NCBI GenBank assembly: GCA_002269645.1
Contig: NIVC01003107.1
Location: forward strand, 1-64,000
DNA: 64,000 nucleotides
Direction of reading: 5' to 3'
Origin: Macrostomum lignano
Taxonomy: Eukaryota
Under the pieces are notes generated by a model that saw only the letters and a list, made by a program, of their open reading frames with translations, ran no database searches and was not told where the DNA came from. Position 1 is the first letter of the stretch; every line of letters starts with the position of its first letter. This document shows, one piece after another, positions 1 to 12,481 of this stretch. The position numbers were made by a program, and so were the translations under genes.

Positions 1-133
1 TTCGAAAAAGAGAACCCGACAATTTCTGAGTCGCAGACCATTGAAGTTTTCTATCGTGCGTTTGACGATGCTATTAGAGCTGCTGGACTTTCATACCGCG
101 AAGTGTCTCCCATCTCCGCCCTCGTTGTTGTCA

Positions 134-3100
134 ATGTCCGAGCTTTCAGAATGGATTACTAACCTTGTTAGCGTAAGTTTCAATGAGTTCATTTTTTGTA
201 CTGAAATTTCTTCACTTTATACTGCAATTTTATGACATTTTTGTCATTATTCTAATACAGTGCGTGGCCAGTCAATCAACAGTTGTAAATACTGGCGAGC
301 GCTGCGAAGCTTGGAGCAGACTATCGCCGAGAAAGAGGGTCCCTAACTGAGATGATGGAGCGCCTTGAGATAGCCAACAAGCGAGCGATTACCACAGGCT
401 CCGCCAGTTGGATTCCAGCCGTCCTGCCACCTCGGTGCCAGCCGTCAAGTGAATGCGACCTTACTCAGCCGCTTATTGATGAGCTGGAGGCGACGCTGGC
501 TAAACGCGACGGCCAAAATTGCCGCTATGGAGCGGGACAGTCGCGAACTCAACCGGAAGCTGGAGTCCCATCTGCAAACCATGCGTCGAATGGAAGCTCG
601 ACTCCAGGCTTCGAGTCGAATGCTGCGCACTAGACTGGTTGATAGCGCCGAGGCTGAGCAACTGCGGTTGAGGTTGGTGCAGTGCTTTTGTAGGGGTTTG
701 TAAAAACGGTGCTCACCTAACACTAGAAAAATTTTCGAAAAGCTTGGAAAAACTGCTATAGCAGCATTCCAACGAAGCTCTCTACGTTTGTACATTTTAA
801 AAGAGGATGTCAACTTTTGCGGCGAAGTAAAGCTCTGGACCCAACCAACTACATTTTTTATAACTTTTCGGATCAATTAACAACTTGTAGAGAACGCCAA
901 GGCATCTCATCTGGTTCGCTCCTTTGTGCTCCCGGTTGTTGTCCAGAGCTTTACTTTCGACTCCATCGGGTGCTCAAGTTGACATCCACTATCTGTTTAT
1001 TGACGTTTGTAATTGATACGTCGTAGAAACGTCACAAATCTATTAATTGGGGGATTTAGCTTAGTGGTTAGAGCGTCGGACTCACGACTTAAAGGTCGGG
1101 GGTTCGATTCCCAATCTCACTGGAACAATTTGTGCTCTTGAGCAAGACGCTTAACTCTGCATCGCTTCAGTTCACCCAGCTGTAAAATGGGTGCTAGCAT
1201 TAGCTGGGGTAATTGAGGCTGTGTGGCGACCCCCCCCCCCAGTCCTTGGGCTGAACAGCCGTACGCAGCCTTCAGATGCGCCGCACAATAGCTGCGCTGA
1301 GCTGTCGGTTGCACATCTTCCCAATCGGGTAGGTGTAATCAGTTATTATTATTATTATTATTATTATTATCATCATTATTATCATTATCATCATCGTCAT
1401 GATTATCATTATCATTAATAAATGATAGAACCGCTTACTGCTTACTGTTTTACGATATGAAAGATCCAGTTTGTTAAATTTCTAATTAATGAAGTTAAGC
1501 AGTGCTTTTACATTCTGAAAGTTCTAGTTTCTGAAGCGATCTCACCCCAATGCCATCCAGCTGTCTTTAGCTCTTTCTTAACCTTATTATACACAATAAA
1601 TCATATTGAAAAGGCCTCTTCAATCAATTCCAGGTGGAGTCTTTGTTCGCGCAGCTCGACGCAGCCGAAGAAGAGGTTGGCCAGCTGCGCTTGACCTGCG
1701 GGACCGGGACAATGAGCTGCTCCGGCTAGCCGACCAGCTGCGCGTCGAATCCGAGGCCAAGCGGCTCGACCTGTCAACTATGCGCGAGCAGTCCCGTCTG
1801 TACGAGGCGGAGGTGCGTCGCCTACGCTTTGAATTAGACGCCAAAGAGGAGATGCTGACGCTGACTCGCGAGGCCGCCACCCCCGCAGCCGCCGCGTCCA
1901 CTTCGTCGGGTTGCGGCGGAGAGGACACGGCGGGGGATGGGGAGCTGGACAATAGTGCCGCATTTTATAAGCGCCGTACGGACGAACTCACTGTTGAACT
2001 CAACAATGCCTAGAAATTCTATTCAGCGGCTGACTGGCGAGTTAAAGGAAAATTCTATTGCGGCTGAAGCTGCCGTTGAAAAACTGCGCGCCGAGCTGTC
2101 GGTCACCGTTGAAAGCAAAGAGTTACTAAACAGGGAATTGATTGAAGCCAAAACTGCTTGCGACAGTTTGACTGTTGAAATAGCCGAAGCAAAGAAGATG
2201 GAAGCATTATAGAAAAGCTTAACTCAGAATTGGCAACGGCCTCAGATGACAAAGAGTTGTTGAACAAAGAGCTGTTTGAAGCTAAAGCTACAATTGACAA
2301 TCTGACGGCTGAATTAGCTAAAACAAAGACTGAAATCGAGCTTGTGGGTGATTCTAATTCAAAACTGACCAATGCCATCAGAGACAAAGAGTTACTAAGC
2401 GAAGAATTGAGTAAAGCTAAAGCTACAATTGACAATTTGACCGCTGAATTGGCTAAAACAAAGACTGAAACTCGAGCTTGTGGGTGATTCTAATTCAAAA
2501 CTGACCAATGCCATCAGAGACAAAGAGTTACTAAGCGAAGAATTGAGTAAAGCTAAAGCTACAATTGACAATTTGACTGCTGAATTGGCTAAAACAAAGA
2601 CCAAAGTGGACGGCGATGCTAGTGAAGCGCTGGGCAATTTAAACTCTGAATGACGGTCGCTTTAGAAGAAAAAGAAAAAGAACTAAGCGAGACAAAAGTT
2701 CTAATAGACAATTTGACGGCCGAATTGACCAAAGCCAAAGAAGACATGGTTATTGAATCTACAGAAACTAGAAGCATCATTGAACAACTTGCAAAGGACA
2801 AGGAAAATTTAAATCAACAACTAACTGCGGCTAACAATGGAATTGACAGTTTAAACATCGAATTTGTCAGGACTAAGGAGGATTTGAATAATAGACTGGC
2901 TGAAGCTGAATGCACGATCGATAATCTGCGCTCTGAGCTGGCCAGTGCGGCTACCGCTAATGATAATTTATGCAACGAATTGGCAGAAGCTAAAATATTA
3001 ATCGATGAGCTGAGAAATGAGCAAAAAGAAGTTGAAAAACCTACTTTGGCTACTGTAAGTTGCGCCAGCCAGACTGAAGCGGTCCCGGAAGCTGCAGGTC

Positions 3101-4776
3101 TCGAACAGCAGCGACTGTATGGCGCTGGTCAGGACACCGCCGGCGAAAGCGAAGCCAGTCTGCGCAGTCGTTTGGCTGAGAAAGAGCGCCTGGAGCAGCG
3201 CTACGCCGCTCTGGTAAAGAAGCTCCGACAGCAGCGACAGGAGACACTGCAGCACCGTAGTCAGCTGGCTGAAGTTCAGTCAGCAGCCGCTGCTGAGGTG
3301 GACGAGCTGCGTCGACGATTGGAAGCCAGCGAAGCTGAGCTCGATTCGGCACGGATGTCCCTGGCTTTAGCACCGCCACCGCCGCCACCTCCGCCGCCTC
3401 CGCCTCAGCAGCAGGCAGCCGAATCGGAGCTGCAGTCTCTGCGTGCTGTGCACTCGCGATGCCAAGGACAGCTGGACCAGGTTCGAGCGAGCGCAATCGA
3501 ATTCAACAGGAGTTCGACAGGCTGCGGCGGCGGCTAGAAGAGAGGCCTTTGTCGTCAACTCCGCCACCACCGCCTTCGCAGCCGATCGAGCGCTTACAGC
3601 AGTCTTCATCTCCGACGCCGTCACCGCCGCCCCTGCATGCTCCAACAGCTGAAGCATCGGCGGTTTGATGCCGCTGCGGCTGCAGCAGCCGAGGATGAAG
3701 TTCTAACACTGCGCTCGAGAACGAAGGCTTGCGCTTTAAAGTGAGCGTGCTAGAGACCAAAGCCAAGAAGATGGAGTTCCGACTTAGGGCTGAACGCGAC
3801 AAGATTGACAAGCTGCAGCTGCGGCTCGACGAGAAAGACGTGGAACTGGACCAGCTGGTTGACAAGCTTCGCGCCAGCCGGGGCCAGCTCGAATCTGAGC
3901 GCAGTCGACACCTCAACGAAGCCAAACGGCTCAGCGCAGCGCTTGAGGCTGAAGAGGCTCGGCCGGCAAGCTCGAGCGTCGACTACGCGACGGCAGCTCC
4001 GAGTCGGCGACGGCCGCCCTCGCCGAGGAGGCGGCTGCGGCTCGCGAAGCAAAACGCCAATCGGAGCAGCGCCTGCTAGCGGAGGCGGCCGATCTGCGCG
4101 GCCAGCTGGACGAACTGGCGGCTGACAATCGCGATTTGCGCAGCCGACTTGAAGCGGCCGCCCCGTCTGGCTCTGGCGCCTCCGCCGGGGTCAGCGCGAG
4201 CGACTGTGCCGAGTGTAGGCGTCTGCGCGAGGCTGTCCGAGTGCTGGAGCTTCAACAGGCCTCGAGACGTAGCAGGCAGCCAACTTGCGAGACCAAGTCT
4301 GTTGGCACCGAGGCGGTGTCAGTTGATGAGGCTGCCTGTCAGACATTGGAACCTGACGAAGAGAATGATGCAATGCAGCGGCGATTAAACGAGCTGGAGT
4401 TGGCGGCTGTGGAGTGCGAGTCGCTTCGGGCTCTGGTGAAGCAGATGGAGGAGTCTGCGGCGCCTTGTGCTCCAACGCCGACACCGCAGCCGCTGCGACC
4501 GTCGCCGTCGCCGCCACCTCCAGACTCGGAGGACACTTTGTCGGCGTCTCAATCAGCTTTGGACGAGTCATCAGTGCTGATTCCAATGCTGATGACGAGC
4601 AGCAGGCCCTCGCGGGCTTACAATCGACAACAACACCAACGATGGCGTTGGTTCGACGACTTCGTCGATGCCTTCAACCGTGGCGATCGTTGAGGCTTCG
4701 GCCGAGCGCGCGCAACGCCGTCATCGCATATTTGTTTGGCCTGCACTGCCTGTTGCTGTACTGGTTGCTGCTCTGA
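134..4776 (+). CDS. Long coiled-coil, C-terminally tail-anchored golgin (giantin/CASP/golgin-84 type); frame broken by about 12 single-base indels; 5' end uncertain
   Basis: Overlapping heptad-rich ORFs (352-633, 449-703, 1606-2013, 1937-2212, 2230-2487, 2650-3537, 3729-4079, 4136-4693, 4414-4776) join into one coiled coil by 1-nt shifts. The C-terminus RPSARNAVIAYLFGLHCLLLYWLLL has the Y...H transmembrane signature of CASP, golgin-84 and giantin. Candidate introns: 173-260 (GTAAGT...TACAG) and about 680-1633. Confidence 0.65.
1051..1335 (+). mobile_element. tRNA-derived CORE-type SINE (family 1), copy A, inside the golgin intron
   Basis: A box TAGCTTAGTGG and B box GGTTCGATTCC, then CTTGAGCAAGACGCTTAACTCTGCATCGCTTCAGTTCACCCAGCTGTAAAATGGG, which resembles the MIR/CORE domain. 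A (TAT)n/(CAT)n tail follows to about 1415. A close second copy is at 53701. Confidence 0.8.
2248..2600 (+). repeat. 135-bp (45-aa) coding tandem repeat in the golgin, about 2.6 copies plus degenerate flanking copies
   Basis: GACAAAGAG recurs at 2248, 2383 and 2519 (periods 135 and 136). Unit DKELLSEELSKAKATIDNLTAELAKTKTEIELVGDSNSKLTNAIR. Confidence 0.9.
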
Positions 4777-5789
4777 TTTGTACTTGTTAGCTTGAATATT
4801 CTTTCAGCGTACTAATAGTAGCGTAATATATGCCGAACAATTTGGCTCACTACCCTACCCTGGCTACTCGTGGCACGCAAAATTCAAGATTTTAGGCCGT
4901 CAGCATTCAGTAACATCGAAAAATTCTATTAGAACTGAAGGATTTTACGTGCCTGCGAGACTCTCCTGTCGTGTGGGCGAGAGGAATTGTAAGACTTTAA
5001 TTATGAATTCGTACTAGGTAAGGCAATCATTTTCTATGGTTACGCGGCTGTTAATTAAAGCTGTTTTTGAGGTTTAGGAATTTGATCTTTAGTATATTGA
5101 ATTTCGCTGGCTAATAGGTACTAGCTTAATTATATATGCTTTTGACAAGTATGCATTGTCCAATTTTATCTGTGGTTGTTGTTCTGCTCAAATTGTTGAT
5201 TGTTGATAATCATATTTTCAGTCTTATACGCTCAATATATCTTCCTTATTGTTGCTATTCATATGCAATACATGTATAAGATATCGTTGGCACAGTTCAG
5301 TTTATAAATAACTTGAGTGCTAGCTGTGAGCTCAAGACATTTCATTGCTCATTCAGACTAATCCATGTACCACTCTCGAACTCCCAATAGGCCAACTTGA
5401 TTTTTGTTTGGTGTTTCTCTTGAATGTAATAATTGGTAGAAAACTACTCACTTCATAATCATATCGTTACAAAAATTCATTGAGCCTCCAATAAATAAAA
5501 ATGTAATTTGCGCTCTATATACTATGCATTATCTGAAATTGATACTTGTTTTGAATTCCTTTCACTAGTTGAATTGTTTAATGGTGACACTTGTACAAAA
5601 ATATATTCTTTTAAATTAGTGCGTAGTTTATCACTGTTCGCCTTTATCGGTTGTTTTGTGTATCGTTGTTTGGCAACTGTAAAATAAAACTGTTTTGAAT
5701 TTGGCCTATTCTTTTTTCAACTCAAAAAGTAGGTATATTAAAAGTACTAACTTCACCTATTGTGCTTGGAAACCGAGGGCCGAATCCTG

Positions 5790-6105
5790 TAACCTGTAAT
5801 AGCCTGGAACAGCGCCGCCCTCTGGCGGTCAGGTAGGGTCTTGGACTGCAGGACTGCCACTGTTTGGTTTATAAGGAGGCTTTTGGGTGCTGCCGCAAAT
5901 CAAGGCGACAGCCATCCTTCAGCCCTACGCGCACTACGCACACGAGGATGCCGATACTTGCTTTCTTATCGTCAAGCATGCATAATGCTGTGAACTGAGA
6001 GTTGTCACACATGGTTCAAGCGGATTCGAACCCCAATCTAATGTAGCCAAAGACTTTGAATCGAACTCAAAGGCTTTGGTCGCTACTCAGCCCATGCACC
6101 ACCGG
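5790..6105 (-). mobile_element. Possible Pol III/tRNA-derived SINE-like element (family 3)
   Basis: On the minus strand: A-box-like TGGGCTGAGTAG (about 6082-6094) and B box GGTTCGAATCC (6022-6032), with a hairpin between them. Only one copy in the window; the 3' extent is a guess. Confidence 0.35.
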
Positions 6106-6334
6106 TTATTTCCCGATTTTACGCTTTTACCATAGACGGCTATATTTACTGCCTAGAACGAGCTTAAAAAGTACTATCATATAGCAAGTGAATTTATAAT
6201 TGTGTTCAGTTTAATAAAATAGTAATTAAAAGAATTTTACTTGAGTCTCAAGGCAAAGAATTTGAATTCCGACAGACAGTGAAATCTGTGTAACTACCAT
6301 TTTTTATCGCCAGCTGACTAAACTTGAGTAAAAC

Positions 6335-9300
6335 ATGCACCATCTAGCTCACTGCGACCACAGTGCATCGCAGGCTAGCCGACCTATGTCGCCGAGCACG
6401 CAGTTGAAGTTTCTGCTGGCCTGGGGCCAGGGACGCAACTCCCAAGAAAGCCCGTCCCCGCTCAGCAGTGGTCATAGGCTCCGCTCGAAGCTGTCAAACA
6501 ACGCTCAGCTGGACGGATCGGCTTCTTCAAATCCTAGGCCGAGTGGTCGACGAAGGCGGTCACTGACCTATGTTCCGGTGTCCGCCTGGGTCAAAGACTT
6601 CAAGGATGAAGACGAGATCGACGGGTGCAGCATGAGGACGGCAGGAAGCCGCAGATCACCGAGTACCGGAAGATTTTCAGCCGCGTCAAGGAGCGCCTCC
6701 ATTGGTGACCGGATAACATCAGTTTCGTCCAGGCAGTCGGTTGCCATGCCGCATGAGCCGACGGAGTCGCCGGCGCCTCCGCTTCCGCCGCCTCGAGCGT
6801 CACGCGCGTCGCGGCCGGCTGAACGGAGTCCGCCACCGCCGCTTCCGCCCCGACGGGCACCCCGGCCGGCTCCTCGGAAAACTCTACCACCGCTGCCGCC
6901 TCGGAAAAAGCTGCCACCGCCGCCGCCACCGGAGCAGTTGCTTTCGCCCCCGATGCCGTCTCAGACTCCGCCACCGACCCACCTCCAAAGACTCTGACAC
7001 CGCCACCGCCGGCGCGCGTTGCGTCTTCTTCTGCTAAAGCCTCTGTTGCAGCTGTTGCTGTCACCAGCCAACGCCACCGCACGAATCGCCATTCTTCAAC
7101 ACTATCTCAGGCTGAGCTACGGGAGGTTCTGGCTCGCAGTGCAAGTCGCGCTGAAGCCTATCAGTCCATCGCAGATGCAGCTCCATCTGCCGGTGCCTCG
7201 ATAGCAGAGTGCTCTAGAAAACGCCGCGAGCTTCGGCGGCCGTCAGACGTAGCAACTCTACTACACGAGATACTCGCTGGTAGAGCAAGCCGCTTAGGTG
7301 CCGGGGAAACTTTAGAAGTCGCCTCGCGCCAGCCGCGGGCGCGGCTAGCGCTAAAACAAATAAATCAACTCACGGCTCTGGGGCTGGTCGAGCTCTTAAA
7401 AATGAGGACGATTTAAACAAGCAACGAAAAAGTGGTACAAGAAGTCGACAAAGTCGCGCAGCTACTCCTCTGAATCGAACATAGTGGACACGCTGGCGGA
7501 GATCATTGCTGAGAAGATCAGTCGCGCCGATAGGCGCAGGCAGAAGTATGACAGCAAAGGTGACGAACGCCTTAAGTTTGCAGCATCTTCGTCCAATCAT
7601 CACAAAGACAAGCCAGATTGCGTTCCTGGACCGAAAGAAAAGTTGTTAAAGTTAAACGGCATAGTAAGCGAACCAGCACTGCCACAGATAGTTCGCTTAG
7701 TAGGCAGCAGCAAAACTGCAACAACTGCTATGAAAAGCCACCAAGAAGAAAAACAAGGCAGTTCTGTCACACTCACGTTGTGAATATTCAGTCAGCTAAT
7801 GGTGTTCACAGTCGAAGTGGCGATGGTTGGAATTTTGCGTCCAAATATGGAAGCCAAGAACTTTTCCGTAAATGTGGGCTTTCAAATAGATCGAATGCAG
7901 GAAACTACAGACCATGTGATCAGCTCTTCTTTGATGGCAGTTTTGAGCAAGCGCAGATTCGTGCAACTGCAACGCCAGTATCTGAGCGCAGCCTGTCTGA
8001 GCGATTCAGCGTTGAACGAATTCAAGGCGAGTTAGTCTATCAAAATGTCGATAATATCGGCACTAGCACTTGTTCAACAGATGAGGAAATTAGCAGCGAA
8101 CAACGTCCAACCAATGTGTCTCAGCTGAGCACGCAAGCGTTGTATCATCACCGGTTCAGCGGTGCTGAAATCTCTTCGTTCTCGCGTTCAAGCGATTCAT
8201 CGCAACGGTCAATGTCAGAAGCTCAAGCGAACTCGCACTTAGCTCCAACTGGTTGCCAGCATTCTAAGGCTGTCACAGAGCGGTTGTCCCGGCGTGAAAA
8301 CTCGGATTTCGAATCTCAAGCTGCTGCAGCCGCGGCGGCTGCGGCGGCCTATGCGGAAGATTTATTCAGCGGCGTGGTTAACGGACGCGATGAGTCCAAT
8401 CTTCTGCTTCCGTTGGATGAGGCACCTCACGAGTTAAGGCTAAATTGGGTGTTGGCAGACACTGGGGACGAGTTGGGAGGAGGCGACTGTGTTGACATAG
8501 AAGCAACGATTCACATCCTTGAGCCGGAGACTGCATTGCCAAGGACCAATAGACGTGAACGGAGCCCGGTGTTTTGCGCCAGTCAGACTTGCAATTGGAG
8601 TTCCGATCTGCCGAACAACTGTCGAAGTGACGTTGCTGCTGATACATTGCAGCATTCTCAAACGCGCAGCTCAATATCGTCCGATGCGTTGCAGGAAAAA
8701 TTTCGCTTACCGTCAACATTGCATGGTCAGCAGCAAAATGTCTCAGACTGGCTAACCACTGGTTGCGAAGGTTTCAATCGAGTAGCGAAAAGCGTTAATA
8801 AAAAGCGGACTACACTGCATCGACGTAGTCGAGTTCAAATTGTGGAGCCTCTTGCTGACGCTGTGCAACAAAAGATTGAGCTTCCCAGTTGTATTTTTGA
8901 GAAAATTTTCTGTTCTTGGAGACCATTAAAACATGCGCAACTGTTTAGACAAAGCTTGGAATTCGTCAGTCTAGAGAAAATGCTGCCCGACTCAGCAAGT
9001 GAATCTGCAAGTCTCTTGACTCATTTTGGCGGATTGCTGATCAGGGCAGACAATCGAATCCCAGCCGAGCCAGAGAGAAAAATCAGCACTAATAGAGCTA
9101 TCGCATTTCGATTTGCCAGATGCATCAGCTCCCGCATTGTCAAGAGATTAATAGTAAGCTGCTGCCTACTGGGTTCGACTCTTGAACTGGCAGGTGGACA
9201 TCTGAATCTATCTATGCTGAATACCACGCAGCACCCAGAAGCAGCAATCGTCAGGTCAAGCCTCTGTTTGCATCAGCGATGCGGCAACAGACAGAAATTG

Positions 9301-10185
9301 TTTAATTCGGGCGTCGAGCAGACCTGGCCGCCCTGTTGCTTCTACAGGACCGAGTCCTGTCGAGGCTCAACAGCCCGTCGAGGCCGAAGCAATGAGCTTC
9401 TTGAGAAGCTGCAAGTAGCTTCCAATCTGGCTATACAAAGCCGGCGACAGAGCGATCGATTCAGCAATGACTTAGATGAACAAGCAATAGAATTCAATAA
9501 CTGTGACGTCACTCCTCTGACATCTATCGGTGCAACTGATTGTGCAAAGTGTCTAAAACCAATCGAAGCATCGCTGACCGAGAAATGTAAACGATTATCC
9601 TCAAAGTACTGCAGCTTACAATGCGTCATCACACACTGTCCAGAGCTGGTCACCAATCTAAACTTGCACCTGGCCTCCGATACCGAAGCCTCGAAGAAAG
9701 ATTCGAAAACGCTGCAGCGTGAGCCACCGCAACAGCCGTACTTCTCAAATCAGGAAACGGCATCGAGTGAGAGCAGCAGCACCGATACCAGCTTGCGCAC
9801 CCTCGGCAACCAGTTCAATCAGGTGAGCGATACGTGTAGAAAGCTGCTACTGTCCCAGGCGGCTGGCGACAAGCTGGCATCATCTAGCGCGGATCAGCTG
9901 CTTTCTCTCCAGTCCATCCAGACTGCAGACTCGGATCCGCGGGTCGAACAGGCTAACGAAGGCGTAAGAAGCTCGCCGCTCGATGCCCGATCCTGCAGCT
10001 CTCGAAGTTGCCCGTCTAGCAGCAATGCACGGTGCTTCGGCTCGCCTTATCTGTCGGAACTTGAGCAGGAAGTGCCTCCTCTGGTCAGCATCACTTGCCA
10101 GCTCAGCTTAGTGGAGCAAACGACTAGCGATGCTGATACCAGTGACAGTTTTGAACATTCTTTACCGGCTGGCGACTGCGCATAG
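6335..10185 (+). CDS. Large Pro/Ser-rich hypothetical protein with an FCS/TRASH-like zinc finger; 5' part frameshifted
   Basis: ORF 6335-6997 (poly-Pro), joined by apparent 1-nt shifts (about 6978, 7360-7430, 7615) to the open 855-aa ORF 7618-10185. Motif CAKC-x16-YCSLQC near 9540-9630. Acceptor-like TTTTTATCGCCAG at 6301-6313. Confidence 0.55.
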
Positions 10186-12060
10186 GACGCGATGGTGCTG
10201 ACAGAACTTTGCTGGACCGATTGGGCCTGCGTTCTATCAGTTACTTAGTGCATTTTTTCCGCTGCTCATTTTATCTTATACTAGCAAGAATACAATTTAA
10301 ATGAAATCTCATTCTTTTTTTCAATTATACTCGCGCGTTATACGCCGCCATCTAATTTGTTCTTCAAACTTGCATTTGAGGGGCAACTCGATCCATCGCC
10401 AGTTAATAAAGTTGAGACAGCATCTTGTTTTAATTTTCGATATAATTTTTGTTCCATGAGAACAGAGGAACTTTTTGCTTGAACGTAGTAAAGAACTTTA
10501 TTTAATTATTTTGTTGTACTAAGTCAAGTTTTTAAATATATATGTTCCATTTTCAAGGAGAGCATACAACAATAAGGTATGTGTAATCGACTGATAGACA
10601 TATTTTAAATGTTTCAAATCAAATTAAAAGCTGGGCATAGGTTTTGAACATTGTAGCAGATATTTTTGTTGGCTATCCCTTTATTATATCTTCTCTCTAC
10701 AACAGCAATAAAGGATATGGAACACGAAAACCAGTTTCAATGCATGGTCTACATTTTTTCATAGCCTCAAGCCTACGGCCAAGCTCCGGCCCGTAGTGGA
10801 AAGATAGGTGGAGTCTCGTGTCCGAGTATATTTAACTTTGCGGGGAAAGTTCTTAAGCTCTCTATAGCTCCTCCATTTTACTGTCATCGCCTTCTAGGCA
10901 CACGTCACGGGCTACAGGGGGTGGCAGTGGCGCGGTTCGATCACACGTACCAAAGCTGCCACGCGCAGCGGGCCCGTGCCGCACTTTACCGCGCGGCCTA
11001 CACAGTCATTTGTGCCGATATATACATGTACATAAAATTTCTTCACTAATTCGACACCATCGAATATTTATTCTTGCTCAGTTACGAAATGCGTAAGTAT
11101 CTAATTTCAGATTAGCACAGATCCGTACATAAAAGATATACTGAGTTGTTAAAAAATTAACTGGGCTTTTTGAAGATGAGGGAAACGTCGGCCAATTCAC
11201 GCGTTTGTAAAAAAACAAATTTTCGTAATTCAATTTTCTTCAAGCCTTTAAAATATTATAAAAATAAATAAAAACTTAGCATTTTAATAAAGCCCGAGTC
11301 TTGTTACATAGGTAGATAAATATACTGTCGTTTTTTGAATTTAAAATTTTTGTCTTCTGTGCTCACGATTTGAGATCAACATTACGACGAAGTTTAACTA
11401 TCAAGTCTTAAATGGCGTAATGATTAGCTAGTAAAAATTCCTAAACTTGGTAAGCCTACCAACAAGCGCCTCAACTGATAACCGAATTCATAAATCATAC
11501 ATCAAATGAAATCACATCAAATGCTGCCCTAGTGCCCTTGATTGGCTTGAAAGTAAAATTGAATGTTGTGCGACAAAGGTACCCAATAGGCCATAGTCAT
11601 TTAACCAAGGGCGGACCTGGAACTATTTTGAGGAGGGGGGGGGGGGCAAAGCTTTCCCAAACAGCCAAGCTTTCTAAGCAACAAACAACAACCCAACCCA
11701 ATGCCATATTAGAAGTAGAAATAGGGCCTACACAGCCCACAGCACAGGCATGACACAGCACTTATAATAATTATAAGTGAAAATACTGTTATTGGTTAAT
11801 GATATTTTTAGGCCTAGTTAAGTGATCATCACATATTAGTAATAATCACAATTATGTGTTTTTAGACCTATTCATAGGGCTTAATCATGAATATATATTT
11901 AGACCTTTACTAGCATAGGCCCCCTAGGTCCTAGGTGCTATCAAATTTGTCAACATCTAATTCTTCAACTCTATTGTCATTGACAAATTCAGTGTATTTT
12001 ACCATGCATTATTATTGTTAACAAATTTGGTTACCTGATGATATACTAACTAGGCCAAGG

Positions 12061-12445
12061 GGGCCATAGCCCAGCAGTAGGCCTAGCACAGCTGCTCTGG
12101 TGTGCTAGCAACTCAGGCTCAATTCCAAGTGTAGTCATAATAATTTGGGGCTAAATTGGAATCTCGGCTTGGCTCTGCTTGTGCAATTAAGCCTAACAGC
12201 CTTGAGGGAGGGCCAACCCGCCAAGGTATAGTGAAATGTACATGCCTAATGATAATATAAAGTTAGGGCTGCTATATACTCCTGTGTGAGTGTGTGCCTG
12301 CGTACATATCCGCGCGCTTATATGCCTGCTCAGGGGAGTCAGTGGAATAGGCAGTAATGCTTCTCACTGCTTGTGTGCCTATGTCTCTTAAAGTATGCGA
12401 GGGTACACATAACCCCCTGCCTCTAATAAAAAAATAAAAAAATAC
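12061..12445 (+). mobile_element. SINE family 2, about 385 bp, A-rich tail, CpG-decayed copy
   Basis: Collinear along its length with the minus-strand copy at 54971-55335 (for example CTAAATTG[G/A]AATCTCGGCTTGGCTCTGCT[T/C]GTGCAATTAA and TGCCTCT[A/G]ATAAAAAAATA). Degenerate B box GGCTCAATTCC. Confidence 0.8.
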
Positions 12446-12481
12446 TACTAGGCCTCATGATGATATACCCAATATTGTTAT

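Noticed and set aside
1051-1125. tRNA gene (CAC anticodon-like loop), also at 53701
   Set aside because: Anticodon and acceptor stems do not pair properly and the sequence runs on into a shared SINE body.
5808-5830. CCGCCAGAGGGCGG (minus strand), similar to a CTCF motif
   Set aside because: A single short GC-rich match, and CTCF is reported absent from flatworms studied so far; no support.
10780-10990. GGTTCGATC B-box-like motif in a GC-rich patch
   Set aside because: No properly spaced A box and no second copy in the window.
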